Below, in pieces: positions 32,414 through 43,376 of a stretch of 64,000 nucleotides of DNA. Both the position numbers and the translations under genes were made by a program. The notes beneath the pieces were generated by a model that was not told where the DNA came from, did not search any database, and worked only from the letters and a program-made list of their open reading frames with translations. The DNA is from Escherichia coli. GTDB lineage: Bacteria; Pseudomonadota; Gammaproteobacteria; Enterobacterales; Enterobacteriaceae. Each line of letters opens with the position of its first letter. Position 1 is the first letter of the stretch. Where the stretch lies: the NCBI RefSeq assembly GCF_003018235.1, contig NZ_CP027437.1. One strand, 5' to 3'.

Positions 32414-34065
32414 ATGTCCAAACCATTTATCTGGCAAGAACCGTTTCTACAAAATAAAGACGGTACAGAATATACATTAATTAGCGATCAACATATTACA
32501 GTAACGGAATTAGACGGCGAAGAAGTGATAAAAATCGCTCCTGAAGCATTAACGCTGCTTGCCCGGCAGGCATTTTATGAAGCCTCTTTTTTCTTACGTT
32601 CCGCTCATTTGCAACAGGTCGCCAGCATTCTTAACGATCCGCAGGCCAGTAGTAATGATAAATACGTTGCGTTGCAGTTATTACGTAATGCTGAAGTCTC
32701 AGCAAAAGGGGTATTACCCAACTGTCAGGATACCGGCACCGCAACTATTGTTGCCAGTAAAGGGCAACAGATATGGACGGGAGGTAACGACGCTGAAGCC
32801 TTAAGCAAAGGCATTTACAGTACTTTCCAGGAAAATAATCTGCGCTTTTCACAAAATGCGCCGCTGGATATGTATACCGAAGTCAATACGCAAACCAATC
32901 TCCCGGCGCAGATTGATATCAGCGCTGTCGCTGGTAATGAGTACCATTTTCTCTGTGTTAATAAAGGGGGCGGCTCCGCCAATAAAGCCGCACTTTATCA
33001 GGAAACCAAATCCTTATTGCAACCAGAAAAACTGACCGCATTTTTAATCGAAAAAATGAAATCGCTGGGCACCGCTGCCTGCCCGCCTTACCACATCGCC
33101 TTTGTCGTCGGAGGGCTTTCAGCCGATCAAACCTTAAAAGTTGCCAAGCTGGCCTCTACGAAATATTACGACAATTTGCCCACCAGCGGAAACGAGCAGG
33201 GACAAGCATTCCGTGATATTGAGCTGGAAAAAGTGTTGCTCGAGGTCAGTCAGCAATTTGGTATTGGTGCGCAATTTGGGGGTAAATATTTCGCTCATGA
33301 TATTCGCGTCATTCGTCTGCCGCGTCACGGTGGCTCTTGCCCGATAGCTATGGCGCTCTCCTGTTCTGCCGATCGCAATATCAAAGCAAAAATTAACAAG
33401 CACGGTATCTGGCTGGAAAAACTCGAACACAATCCGGGGCAATATATTCCAGCCTCACTGCGGGAAGAAAATCACGCGCAACATGTACAACTGGATCTAA
33501 ACCGTCCGTTGCGTGACGTGATGCAGGATCTCGCCAGATTACCGGTAGGCACCCGCGTGTCGTTAAGTGGTCCCATCGTAGTGGCACGCGATATCGCCAC
33601 GCCAAAATAAAAGCGCGGCTGGATAACGCCGAACCGATGCCGGATTACCTGAAGCATCATATTGTCTATTACGCTGGCTCGGCGAAAACACCGGAGAACA
33701 TGGCCTGCGGTTCACTGGGTCCAACCACGGGCGGTCGAATGGACGGTTATGTCGATACCTTCCAGGCGGCTGGCGGCAGTCTGGTGATGTTATCGAAAGG
33801 TAACCGCAGCCAGCAGGTCACCGATGCCTGTCACAAACATGGTGGCTTCAATCTGGGTAGTATTGGCGGTGCAGCTGCGTTACTGGCGCAAGAATATGTC
33901 AAAAGTCTGCGTTGCCTGGAATACCCGGAGCTGGGTATGGAAGCGGTGTGGATGATGGAAGTGGAAAATCTGCCCGCATTCATCCTGGTAGATGATAAAG
34001 GCAATAATTTCTTTAGTCAGTTTGAGCAGCAACACCGCTGCGCCAGTTGCCCTGCGGGACATTAA
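32414..34065 (+). pseudogene. fumD: class I fumarate hydratase family (FumD-type mesaconase), interrupted by apparent 1-bp deletion near 33595
   Basis: ORFs 32414..33610 and 33637..34065 are N- and C-terminal parts of one FumA-like protein; C-part frame reads ...[20 protein letters not shown] continuously upstream, offset one base from ...[11 protein letters not shown]. Confidence 0.75.
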
Positions 34066-34074
34066 GGAAAATGA

Positions 34075-34677
34075 ATGGAAGCGCGAATTTCAACTGAACG
34101 GCATGTGCAGCGCCAGCAGAAATTGAAGGAACAGGTCGATACGCGCATCGCGGCGGCGATAGAGAAAAAAGGGATTTTGATTGTTTTCACCGGCAATGGC
34201 AAAGGGAAATCCACTGCCGCGTTTGGTACTGTGACGCGCGCGGTGGGTCATGGCAAAACGGTGGGGGTTGCGCAGTACATCAAGGGGCAATGGGACAACG
34301 GCGAATACAACCTTCTCCAGCCGCTGGGGGTTGAGTTTCATATTATGGGAACCGGTTTTACCTGGGAGACACAGAACCGGCAAGCGGATATCGACGCGGC
34401 GAAAGAGGTCTGGTCGGAAAGCAAACGGATGCTGGCTGACAAGCGTTACGACTTAGTGGTGCTTGATGAGCTGACCTATATGCTGGCTTACCATTATCTG
34501 GATACCGAAGAAGTGATCGCTTCTCTGCAAAACCGCCCGGCACAACAAAGTGTCATTGTCACCGGACGCGGTTGCCACAGTCAGATATTAAAAATGGCGG
34601 ATACGGTCAGCGAAATCCGCCCCGTCAAACATGCTTTTGATAACGGCATTCAGGCCCAGCCGGGTATCGACTGGTAA
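34075..34677 (+). CDS. cob(I)alamin/cob(I)yrinic acid a,c-diamide adenosyltransferase (BtuR/CobA paralog)
   Basis: 200 aa; P-loop GNGKGKSTAAFG and strong similarity to E. coli BtuR. Confidence 0.85.
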   Translation: MEARISTERHVQRQQKLKEQVDTRIAAAIEKKGILIVFTGNGKGKSTAAFGTVTRAVGHGKTVGVAQYIKGQWDNGEYNLLQPLGVEFHIMGTGFTWETQNRQADIDAAKEVWSESKRMLADKRYDLVVLDELTYMLAYHYLDTEEVIASLQNRPAQQSVIVTGRGCHSQILKMADTVSEIRPVKHAFDNGIQAQPGIDW

Positions 34678-34680
34678 TAA

Positions 34681-34712
34681 CTGCGCCTGGCATCCCGCCA
34701 GGCGCAGGTTTT
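34681..34712. terminator. bidirectional terminator between adenosyltransferase gene and LysR gene
   Basis: Hairpin CTGCGCCTGG(catcccg)CCAGGCGCAG followed by TTTT. Confidence 0.6.
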
Positions 34713-35616
34713 ACATCTCCTGCGGTACAACCGATTTCGCCAGCAACCATTCACGAAATTGCTGCAAGTGCGGTGAGTCAGACTTCTCTTCCTGCCACGT
34801 CATAATAAAACGATTACCGGTACGAATAGGCACATCACAGGGGATCACCATATCGCCACTATCCAAATCATGTTGAATAGCGAAACGTGGTAACAGCGCC
34901 ACGCCGAGATTAGAGCGCACGGCGGCAATCAGCATTGAAAGCAAATCGAAACGTGGTCCGTTGTTGACCAGCGGACTGCTAACGCCAGATAAGGCAAACC
35001 ACTCTTCCCAGCCAGTAATACGGGTACTTTGATGCAGAAGTGGTAACTCTGTAAGCAGTTCTGCCACTGACAGTTTTTGATCGGACATTGCAAGCAAACT
35101 GCCGCTGCATACCGGCAAAATCTCCTCATCAAAGAGATATTCTACTTCCGCCCAGGGCGCGCAAAAATTTTCGCGCATAATGACAGCATCGTACTCCCGA
35201 TTAAGAAAATCGCCGTTATTAGCTAAAGAGTGAATATTAACAATAATATCGGGATGTAACTTTGTGAATTCATGTAAATTTGGGATTAACCAGTGGGTAC
35301 TAAACGTAGGATTCACGGCAAGTTCAATAACCTGAACCGTAGGCTGCCAGGTCATAATGGTATTGGTATCGCGTTCCAGCTTATTTAATGTTTCTTTTAC
35401 TATCCCCAGGTAATACTTCCCTGCATCATTAAGAAAAATACGTTTTTTAGAGTGTGAAAATAACGGAGTATGTAAAAATTCCTCCAGCGCACTCACTTGT
35501 CTGAATACTGCACTTTGGGTCAACGCTAACTCCTCTGCCGCTTTGGTATAACTTTCATGACGTGCGACGACCTCAAAAGTCACCAGCAGCTCCGTTTTAG
35601 GTATTTTTCCTCGCAT
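34711..35616 (-). CDS. LysR-family transcriptional regulator
   Basis: 301 aa; N-terminal HTH (TKAAEELALTQSAVFRQVSALE) and LysR substrate-binding domain. Confidence 0.85.
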   Translation of the reverse strand: MRGKIPKTELLVTFEVVARHESYTKAAEELALTQSAVFRQVSALEEFLHTPLFSHSKKRIFLNDAGKYYLGIVKETLNKLERDTNTIMTWQPTVQVIELAVNPTFSTHWLIPNLHEFTKLHPDIIVNIHSLANNGDFLNREYDAVIMRENFCAPWAEVEYLFDEEILPVCSGSLLAMSDQKLSVAELLTELPLLHQSTRITGWEEWFALSGVSSPLVNNGPRFDLLSMLIAAVRSNLGVALLPRFAIQHDLDSGDMVIPCDVPIRTGNRFIMTWQEEKSDSPHLQQFREWLLAKSVVPQEM

Positions 35617-36182
35617 AATGCCGTCCCTTAAAAATAGTTTAAACCATCAAAAATACATTACTTATTACGAAGTAATGGTAACCAAAGCAGCAATAAATAA
35701 TTTATAAGAATCATGATTGACATTTATAACCCAGTAAGCCTGGCGTGACAAATATCTTAATCAGATAATAATAATCCGAAAAGCACAGCGCCTTTCGAAT
35801 TATCCGGAATCACATTAAGTGAAAATTATTAAATTGATATCATTTATCATATCTGTGGATATTATGATAAACAATCAACAAAGATTTTATTTTTGATTTA
35901 TAGCATATCCCTCTAAGAATTTTTGCGATGCTGCAATATCCGGGGTAAAGACCCGATCCTGGCTGACAAATGGCACGACTTGACGATAAGCGGTGAACAT
36001 CGCTTTTGTTGATTTACTTAACGCTACGGTCAAACGCTGGGAAGCCAGTGCATCAGGTAACGATTCGAAATTCGCCGTCGTTCTTATTCGTGGCTTGCGG
36101 TCGGTTGCGGCAATCCACAGTGGCTGTGGTCATGCAGTCAAGCCAGCGGTCAGATTTCGACCGTGGTTAACATTTAAGGCAT

Positions 36183-36281
36183 AAAAAAGGCCATCATACG
36201 ATGGCCAACCATGTCGAAACCGACAGCCCTTCGCCATTCCTGTAGAGGGAAGCGGCGAGGGCTATTTCTTATTACAGATAT
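36183..36281 (-). ncRNA. sdhX: probable 3'-UTR-derived sRNA SdhX (RybD) with intrinsic terminator
   Basis: Region directly after sucD stop ends in hairpin GGCCATCGTATGATGGCC plus U-run on minus strand; identity by position, not sequence match. Confidence 0.45.
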
Positions 36282-37151
36282 TTATTTCAGAACAGTTTTC
36301 AGTGCTTCACCGATATCCGCCAGGCTGCGAACGGTTTTCACGCCTGCGGCTTCCAGAGCAGCGAATTTCTCATCCGCAGTCCCTTTACCACCGGCAATGA
36401 TGGCACCCGCGTGGCCCATACGTTTGCCTTTCGGCGCAGTCACACCAGCGATGTAACCCACAACAGGCTTGGTAACGTGCTCTTTGATGTACGCAGCCGC
36501 TTCTTCTTCAGCGCTACCGCCGATCTCACCGATCATCACGATCGCTTCGGTCTGCGGATCTTTTTCGAACATTTCGAGGATGTCGATAAAGTTAGAGCCA
36601 GGGATCGGGTCGCCGCCGATACCGACACAGGTCGACTGACCGAAACCGTAATCCGTGGTCTGTTTAACCGCTTCATAGGTCAGTGTACCGGAACGGGAAA
36701 CGATACCCACTTTACCCGGTTTGTGAATGTGACCAGGCTGGATACCGATTTTGCATTCACCCGGAGTGATAACGCCTGGGCAGTTCGGGCCGATCATACG
36801 AACGCCAGCTTCGTCCAGTTTCACTTTCACAGTCAGCATATCCAGCGTCGGGATGCCTTCAGTGATGGTGATAATCAGTTTGATGCCTGCATCAATAGCT
36901 TCCAGAATGGAGTCTTTGCAGAACGGTGCTGGTACGTAGATAACAGAAGCGGTAGCGCCAGTAGCAGCAACAGCTTCACGCACGGTGTTGAACACCGGCA
37001 GGCCGAGGTGGGTGGTGCCGCCTTTACCTGGGGTTACGCCGCCAACCATTTTAGTGCCGTATGCAATGGCCTGTTCTGAGTGGAAAGTCCCCTGGCTACC
37101 GGTAAAGCCCTGGCAGATAACCTTGGTGTTTTTATCAATTAAAATGGACAT
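36282..37151 (-). CDS. sucD: succinyl-CoA synthetase alpha subunit
   Basis: 289 aa; CoA-binding motifs. Confidence 0.95.
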
Positions 37152-38317
37152 TATTTCCCCTCCACTGCGGCAACAACCTGCTGAGCTGCATCCGTCAGAC
37201 CTTTTGCTGCAATAATATTCAGGCCGCTGTCAGCCAGTTTCTTCGCGCCGAGTTCGGCGTTGTTACCTTCCAGACGTACCACGACCGGTACGTTAACACC
37301 CACTTCCGCTACCGCGCCGATGATACCGTCAGCGATCAGGTCGCAACGAACGATACCGCCGAAGATGTTAACCAGAACGGCTTTCACTTTGTCGTCAGAG
37401 AGGATGATTTTGAACGCTTCGGTTACACGTTCTTTGGTTGCGCCGCCGCCAACGTCAAGGAAGTTAGCTGGTTCGCCGCCGTGCAGTTTAACGATGTCCA
37501 TCGTACCCATCGCCAGACCTGCGCCGTTAACCATACAACCGATGTTACCGTCCAGCGCAACGTAGTTCAGTTCCCACTGTGCAGCCTGTGCTTCACGTGG
37601 ATCTTCCTGCGACTGGTCACGCATTTCGCGCAGATCAGGCTGGCGGAACAGTGCGTTGCCATCAGCGCCCAGTTTGCCGTCGAGGCAAATCAGATCGCCC
37701 TGTTTGGTGATGACCAGCGGGTTGATTTCGATCAGCGCCAGGTCGCGCTCCAGGAAAATGGTCGCCAGGCCCATGAAGATTTTGGTGAACTGCTGAACCA
37801 GTTTACCTTCCAGACCCAGTTTGAACGCCAGCTCGCGTCCCTGATACGGCATCGGGCCAGTCAGCGGATCAAGCGCAACTTTGTGGATCAGGTGCGGAGT
37901 TTCTTCCGCCACTTTTTCGATTTCCACGCCGCCTTCGGTGGAGGCCATAAAGACCACACGACGGGAACTACGGTCAACAACGGCACCGAGATACAGCTCT
38001 TTAGCGATATCGGTCGCTGCTTCAACCAGAATCTGGTTAACCGGTTGGCCATTGGCATCTGTTTGATACGTTACCAGACGCTTGCCCAGCCAGTTTTCTG
38101 CAAAAGCACGGATGTCTTCTTTGCTGTTTACAACTTTCACACCGCCCGCTTTACCGCGGCCACCAGCGTGAACCTGACATTTCACTACCCACGGACCGGC
38201 ACCGATTTTTGAAGCGGCTTCTTCTGCTTCGCGCGGAGTAGTACAGGCATAACCCACCGGTGCTGGTAAGCCATAGCGGGCAAAAAGTTGTTTTGCCTGA
38301 TATTCATGTAAGTTCAT
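37151..38317 (-). CDS. sucC: succinyl-CoA synthetase beta subunit
   Basis: 388 aa; ATP-grasp. Confidence 0.95.
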
Positions 38318-38410
38318 GTGTTCTGTCCATCCTTCAGTAATCGTTATCTTTTAAACCGTAGACCGACACCCTATCCACGTCGGTCTACAGTGCAGGTGAA
38401 GCTTAAACTA

Positions 38411-39628
38411 CTACACGTCCAGCAGCAGACGCGTCGGATCTTCCAGCAACTCTTTGATCGTTACCAGGAAGCCCACGGATTCGCGACCATCGATCAGACG
38501 GTGATCGTAGGACAGCGCCAGGTACATCATCGGCAGGATCTCAACCTGACCATTCACCGCCATCGGACGATCTTTGATAGCGTGCATACCCAGAATTGCG
38601 CTCTGCGGCGGGTTGATGATCGGCGTAGACATCAGGGAACCGAACACACCACCGTTGGTGATGGTGAAGTTACCACCGGTCAGATCTTCAACCGTCAGCT
38701 TGCCGTCACGGCCTTTAACTGCCAGCTCTTTGATTTTCTTCTCGATGTCTGCCATGCCTAGGGTATCGACATCACGCAGTACCGGCGTCACCAGGCCGCG
38801 CGGCGTAGAAACCGCCATGCTGACGTCGAAATAGTTGTGGTAAACCACATCATCGCCGTCGATAGACGCGTTCACTTCCGGGTAACGTTTCAGGGCTTCA
38901 ACCACCGCTTTCACGTAGAAGGACATAAAGCCCAGACGAATACCGTGACGTTTTTCAAACGCTTCACCGTACTGCTTACGCAGATCCATAATCGGCTTCA
39001 TGTTGACTTCGTTGAACGTGGTCAGCATAGCGGTGGAGTTTTTCGCTTCCAGCAGACGCTCTGCCACACGCTTACGCAGGCGAGTCATCGGCACACGTTT
39101 TTCGCTACGTGCAGCCAGAGCCGGTTGCGCCGCCGGAGCAGCCGCTGCCGGAGCAGACTCTTTCGCCGGGGCTTTCGCCAGATGTTTTTCCACATCTTCA
39201 CGAGTCAGACGACCACCCACACCGGTGCCTTTAATGGCGCTGGCGTCGAGGTTGTGTTCAGCCAGCAGGCGACGGATCGCCGGGCTTAACGCATCGTTGT
39301 TTTGCTCTTCCAGAGACGCCTGCTGGCGTTGCGCCGGAGTGGACGCTTTCTCTTCAGATTTGGCGCTGGTTTCTTTACCGGCGCTGTTGCCTTCACGCAG
39401 GCGACCAAGGATCTGACGAGACGTTACCGTTGTACCTTCATCTTCCAGAACCGCATCCAGAATGCCGTCTGCTGATGCCGGTACTTCCAGTACCACTTTG
39501 TCAGTTTCGATTTCTACCAGCACTTCATCACGTACGACTGCGTCGCCGGGTTTTTTATGCCAGGTTGCGACGGTGGCATCGGCTACGGATTCAGGCAGGT
39601 CAGGGACCAGAATATCTACGCTACTCAT
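38411..39628 (-). CDS. sucB: 2-oxoglutarate dehydrogenase E2 (dihydrolipoyl succinyltransferase)
   Basis: 405 aa; lipoyl domain, Ala/Pro linker, catalytic DHRLIDG motif. Confidence 0.95.
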
Positions 39629-39642
39629 TGTGTATCCTTTAT

Positions 39643-42444
39643 TTATTCGACGTTCAGCGCGTCATTAACCAGATCTTGTTGCTGTTTCTGGTGAACGGAC
39701 ATATACCCTACCGCCGGAGAGGCGGAGGCCGGGCGGCCTGCATAACGCAGAGAAGCCCCAAACGGAATCACTTCACGGAAATGATGCTGGCTGCAGTACC
39801 ATGCGCCCTGGTTGAGCGGCTCTTCCTGGCACCAGACAAAATCCTTGACGTGAGCAAACTGCTGCAACACTTCCTGCATCGCTTTATGCGGGAACGGGTA
39901 GAGTTGCTCGATACGCACAATGGCGACATCGTGTTGATTGTTCTTACGACGCTGTTCCAGCAGGTCGTAATAAACCTTACCAGAACACATCACTACACGC
40001 TTAACGCCCTTCGGATCAAGCTCGTCGATTTCACCGATGGCTGGCAGGAAGGTGCCGTTCGCCAGTTCTTCGAGGCTGGAAACCGCCAGCGGATGACGCA
40101 GCAGGGATTTCGGCGACATCACGACCAGCGGACGACGCATCCCGCGCAGCGCCTGACGACGCAGCATGTGGTAAACCTGTGCCGGGGTAGAAGGTACGCA
40201 AACCTGCATGTTTTGCTCAGCACAAAGTTGCAGATAACGTTCCAGACGCGCGGAGGAGTGCTCCGGCCCCTGCCCTTCGTAACCGTGCGGCAGCAACATC
40301 ACCAGACCACACATCCGGCCCCATTTCTGTTCGCCAGAGGAGATGAACTGGTCGATAACCACCTGAGCACCGTTAGCGAAGTCACCGAACTGCGCTTCCC
40401 AGATAGTCAGAGTGCGTGGTTCTGCGGTGGCATAACCATATTCAAACGCCAGCACTGCTTCTTCAGACAGTACGGAGTCCCAGACACGGAACGCGCCCTG
40501 GCCGTTATGGATGTGTTGCAGCGGCGTGTAAGTGGAACCGTTAGACTGGTTGTGGATCACCGCGTGGCGGTGGAAGAAGGTACCGCGACCGGAGTCTTCA
40601 CCCGACAGGCGAACCGGAATGCCTTCGTCAACCAGCGTGGCGTAAGCGAGGTTTTCCGCGCCGCCCCAGTCGAACAGTTTCTCACCAGCTGCCATCGCCT
40701 GGCGATCGCCATAAATCTTGGCAACGCGAGACTGCATTTCAACTGCTTCCGGCACCGTGCTGATGCGTTTAGCCAGTTCCTGCAGGCGCTTCATCTCAAC
40801 TTTGTTCGGGTACTCTTCGTCCCATTCGTGGTTGAGGTACGGCGACCAGGTGAAAGAGTGCATGTTCATCGGACGCCACTCTGCTACCACGCAATCGCCA
40901 GCATCCAGCGCATCGCGGTACAGGTTAACCATCTCGGTGGCATCTTCCAGCGTCGCGACTTTTTCCTGCTCCAGCTTGTCAGCGTAGATTTTGCGCGGCG
41001 TCGGATGTTTTTTGATTTTCTGATACATCAGCGGCTGGGTTGCGCTCGGCTCGTCGGCTTCGTTGTGGCCGTGACGGCGGTAGCATACCAGGTCGATAAA
41101 GACATCACGTTTAAAGGTGTTACGGAAATCGAGCGCCAGACGGGTCACAAAGGCAACGGCTTCCGGATCGTCCGCGTTAACGTGGAAAATCGGGGCCTGA
41201 ACCATCTTACCGATATCAGTACAGTACGGTGTAGAACGAGCATCCAGCGGATTAGAGGTGGTGAAGCCAACCTGGTTGTTGATAACGATACGTACCGTAC
41301 CGCCAACTTCATAACCACGCGCTTTCGACATGTTCAGGGTTTCCTGAACCACGCCCTGCCCGGTCACTGCGGCGTCACCGTGGATGGTAATTGGCAGCAC
41401 TTTGTTGCTGCTCGGCTCATCAAGTCTGTCCAGACGGGCACGAACAGAACCGATAACTACCGGGCTGACAATCTCAAGGTGAGACGGGTTAAACGCCAGC
41501 GCCAGGTGCACCAGGCCGCCATCGGTCTGGAAGTCAGACGAGAAGCCCATGTGGTATTTCACGTCGCCTGTGCCAAGGTGTTCTTTATGTTTACCGGCGA
41601 ACTCGTCGAACAAGTCTTGCGGTTTTTTACCCAGCACGTTCACCAACACGTTCAGACGACCACGGTGCGCCATTCCGAGAACCACTTCGCGGGTGCCGCT
41701 GTTGCCAGCGTGGCGGATCATCTCTTTAAGCATCGGGATTAACGCGTCACCGCCTTCCAGCGAGAAGCGTTTTGCGCCAGGGAATTTTGCGCCGAGGTAA
41801 CGTTCAAGGCCTTCAGCGGCGGTCAGTTCGCTTAAGAAGCGTTTTTTCTCTTCGCTATTGAAAGTCGCGCGACCAGACTCGATACGCTGTTGGATCCAGC
41901 GTTTTTCTTCAGTGCTGGTAATGTGCATATACTCGGCACCAATCGGGCCGCAGTAGGTTTGCTTGAGGGCTTCCAGCAGCTCGCCGAGTTTCATGGTTTC
42001 TTTGCCGCTGGCAAATGAACCGACGTTGAAGGTCTCCTGGAAGTCTGCTTCGGTCAGATCGTGGAAAGACGGATCCAGATCGGCCACTTTATCTTGCTGC
42101 CACAGTCCCAGCGGATCGAGATTCGCATGCTGGTGACCACGGAAGCGGTATGCGTTAATGAGCTGCAGGACTTTAACCTGCTTCACATTGGTGTCAGGGT
42201 CGGAGATCGTTGAAGAGTAACGTGAAGCGTCTTTCGCCAGGCGGCGGAAATATTCACGCGTTTGAGAGTGGAATTGATCCGGTTTGACTCCCGTACCAGG
42301 TAACTGCTGGAACGTCGAACGCCAGTTAGCGTCAACCGAGTCAGGATCGGTTAAGAAGTCTTCATAGAGCTGTTCTATCCAGCTCTGGTTTGCGCCAGAG
42401 AGGTAAGAAGAGTCCAACCAGGCTTTCAAAGCGCTGTTCTGCAT
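39643..42444 (-). CDS. sucA: 2-oxoglutarate dehydrogenase E1 component
   Basis: 933 aa. Confidence 0.95.
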   Translation of the reverse strand: MQNSALKAWLDSSYLSGANQSWIEQLYEDFLTDPDSVDANWRSTFQQLPGTGVKPDQFHSQTREYFRRLAKDASRYSSTISDPDTNVKQVKVLQLINAYRFRGHQHANLDPLGLWQQDKVADLDPSFHDLTEADFQETFNVGSFASGKETMKLGELLEALKQTYCGPIGAEYMHITSTEEKRWIQQRIESGRATFNSEEKKRFLSELTAAEGLERYLGAKFPGAKRFSLEGGDALIPMLKEMIRHAGNSGTREVVLGMAHRGRLNVLVNVLGKKPQDLFDEFAGKHKEHLGTGDVKYHMGFSSDFQTDGGLVHLALAFNPSHLEIVSPVVIGSVRARLDRLDEPSSNKVLPITIHGDAAVTGQGVVQETLNMSKARGYEVGGTVRIVINNQVGFTTSNPLDARSTPYCTDIGKMVQAPIFHVNADDPEAVAFVTRLALDFRNTFKRDVFIDLVCYRRHGHNEADEPSATQPLMYQKIKKHPTPRKIYADKLEQEKVATLEDATEMVNLYRDALDAGDCVVAEWRPMNMHSFTWSPYLNHEWDEEYPNKVEMKRLQELAKRISTVPEAVEMQSRVAKIYGDRQAMAAGEKLFDWGGAENLAYATLVDEGIPVRLSGEDSGRGTFFHRHAVIHNQSNGSTYTPLQHIHNGQGAFRVWDSVLSEEAVLAFEYGYATAEPRTLTIWEAQFGDFANGAQVVIDQFISSGEQKWGRMCGLVMLLPHGYEGQGPEHSSARLERYLQLCAEQNMQVCVPSTPAQVYHMLRRQALRGMRRPLVVMSPKSLLRHPLAVSSLEELANGTFLPAIGEIDELDPKGVKRVVMCSGKVYYDLLEQRRKNNQHDVAIVRIEQLYPFPHKAMQEVLQQFAHVKDFVWCQEEPLNQGAWYCSQHHFREVIPFGASLRYAGRPASASPAVGYMSVHQKQQQDLVNDALNVE

Positions 42445-42562
42445 CGTGATCCCTTAAGCATCTTTTTTATGCTTACTTCGCCGTGGATACTACCACGCAC
42501 AGTGATGTGCGTGCCGGGGTTCACTTGCGAGCTCTTGTCTACGTAGTGGCTCGCGAAGGAAC

Positions 42563-42632
42563 CTTTAAAAACTGTCTTAGTGTCAGGGGCAGTTTTTAAA
42601 GATTTCCTGAATAGCCGGGGGATTTCCCCGGC
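42563..42632. other. two perfect palindromes in sdhB–sucA intergenic region
   Basis: CTTTAAAAACTG...CAGTTTTTAAAG (12-bp arms) and GCCGGGG(gattt)CCCCGGC. Confidence 0.5.
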
Positions 42633-42644
42633 ATCAACATTTAA

Positions 42645-43361
42645 TTACGCATTACGTTGCAACAACATCGACTTGATATGGCCGATGGCGCGCGTCGGGT
42701 TCAGTCCCTTCGGACATACACTGACGCAGTTCATGATGCTGTGACAGCGGAATACGCTGAATGCATCGCTCAAACCGTCGAGGCGGCTGTCAGTCTCGGT
42801 ATCACGGCTATCGATCAGGAAACGATATGCCGCTAACAAGCCTGCCGGGCCGATAAACTTATCGGGATTCCACCAGAAAGACGGACAAGAGGTTGAACAA
42901 CATGCGCAGAGAATACATTCATACAGCCCGTCGAGTTTTTCGCGCTGCTCTGGCATCTGTAAATGCTCGCGAGCTGGCGGATTTTGTCCATTATTCAACA
43001 GGTAAGGCTTAATTTTCTCATATTGCGCATAGAATTGTCCCATGTCTACCACCAAATCGCGGATCACCGGTAAACCTGGCAGCGGGCGAATCACAATCTT
43101 CTTGCCCGGCTGGTTGAGTGCCGAAATCGGGGTAATACAGGCCAGACCATTCTTGCCGTTCATGTTCAGACCGTCGGAACCGCACACACCTTCACGGCAG
43201 GAGCGACGGAACGACAGGCTGGGATCTTTCTCTTTCAGCTGGATAAGCGCATCCAGCAGCATCATGTCACGACCTTCTTCCGCTTCCAGGGTGTAATCCT
43301 GCATACGCGGAGCATCATCAACATCCGGGTTATAGCGATAAATTGAAAACTCGAGTCTCAT
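42645..43361 (-). CDS. sdhB: succinate dehydrogenase iron-sulfur subunit
   Basis: 238 aa; Cys clusters. Confidence 0.95.
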   Translation of the reverse strand: MRLEFSIYRYNPDVDDAPRMQDYTLEAEEGRDMMLLDALIQLKEKDPSLSFRRSCREGVCGSDGLNMNGKNGLACITPISALNQPGKKIVIRPLPGLPVIRDLVVDMGQFYAQYEKIKPYLLNNGQNPPAREHLQMPEQREKLDGLYECILCACCSTSCPSFWWNPDKFIGPAGLLAAYRFLIDSRDTETDSRLDGLSDAFSVFRCHSIMNCVSVCPKGLNPTRAIGHIKSMLLQRNA

Positions 43362-43376
43362 TTTCCTGTCTCCGCA

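Noticed and set aside
32414-34065. Natural two-subunit (alpha/beta) class I fumarase instead of a frameshift
   Set aside because: The break falls inside the C-terminal domain about 100 residues past the usual alpha/beta boundary, and the two frames join seamlessly with a single-base offset; a frameshift is the simpler reading.
35993-36184. 63-aa plus-strand ORF (GTG start) near the island/sucD junction
   Set aside because: No RBS, an in-frame stop immediately upstream, and overlap with the probable sdhX terminator region; more likely a gene relic or chance ORF than a functional gene.
39430-41742. 770-aa plus-strand ORF antisense to sucA, and the 565-aa ORF at 43476–45173 antisense to sdhA
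   Set aside because: Antisense shadow ORFs of long, highly conserved genes; Arg/His/Val-rich composition and no independent signals.
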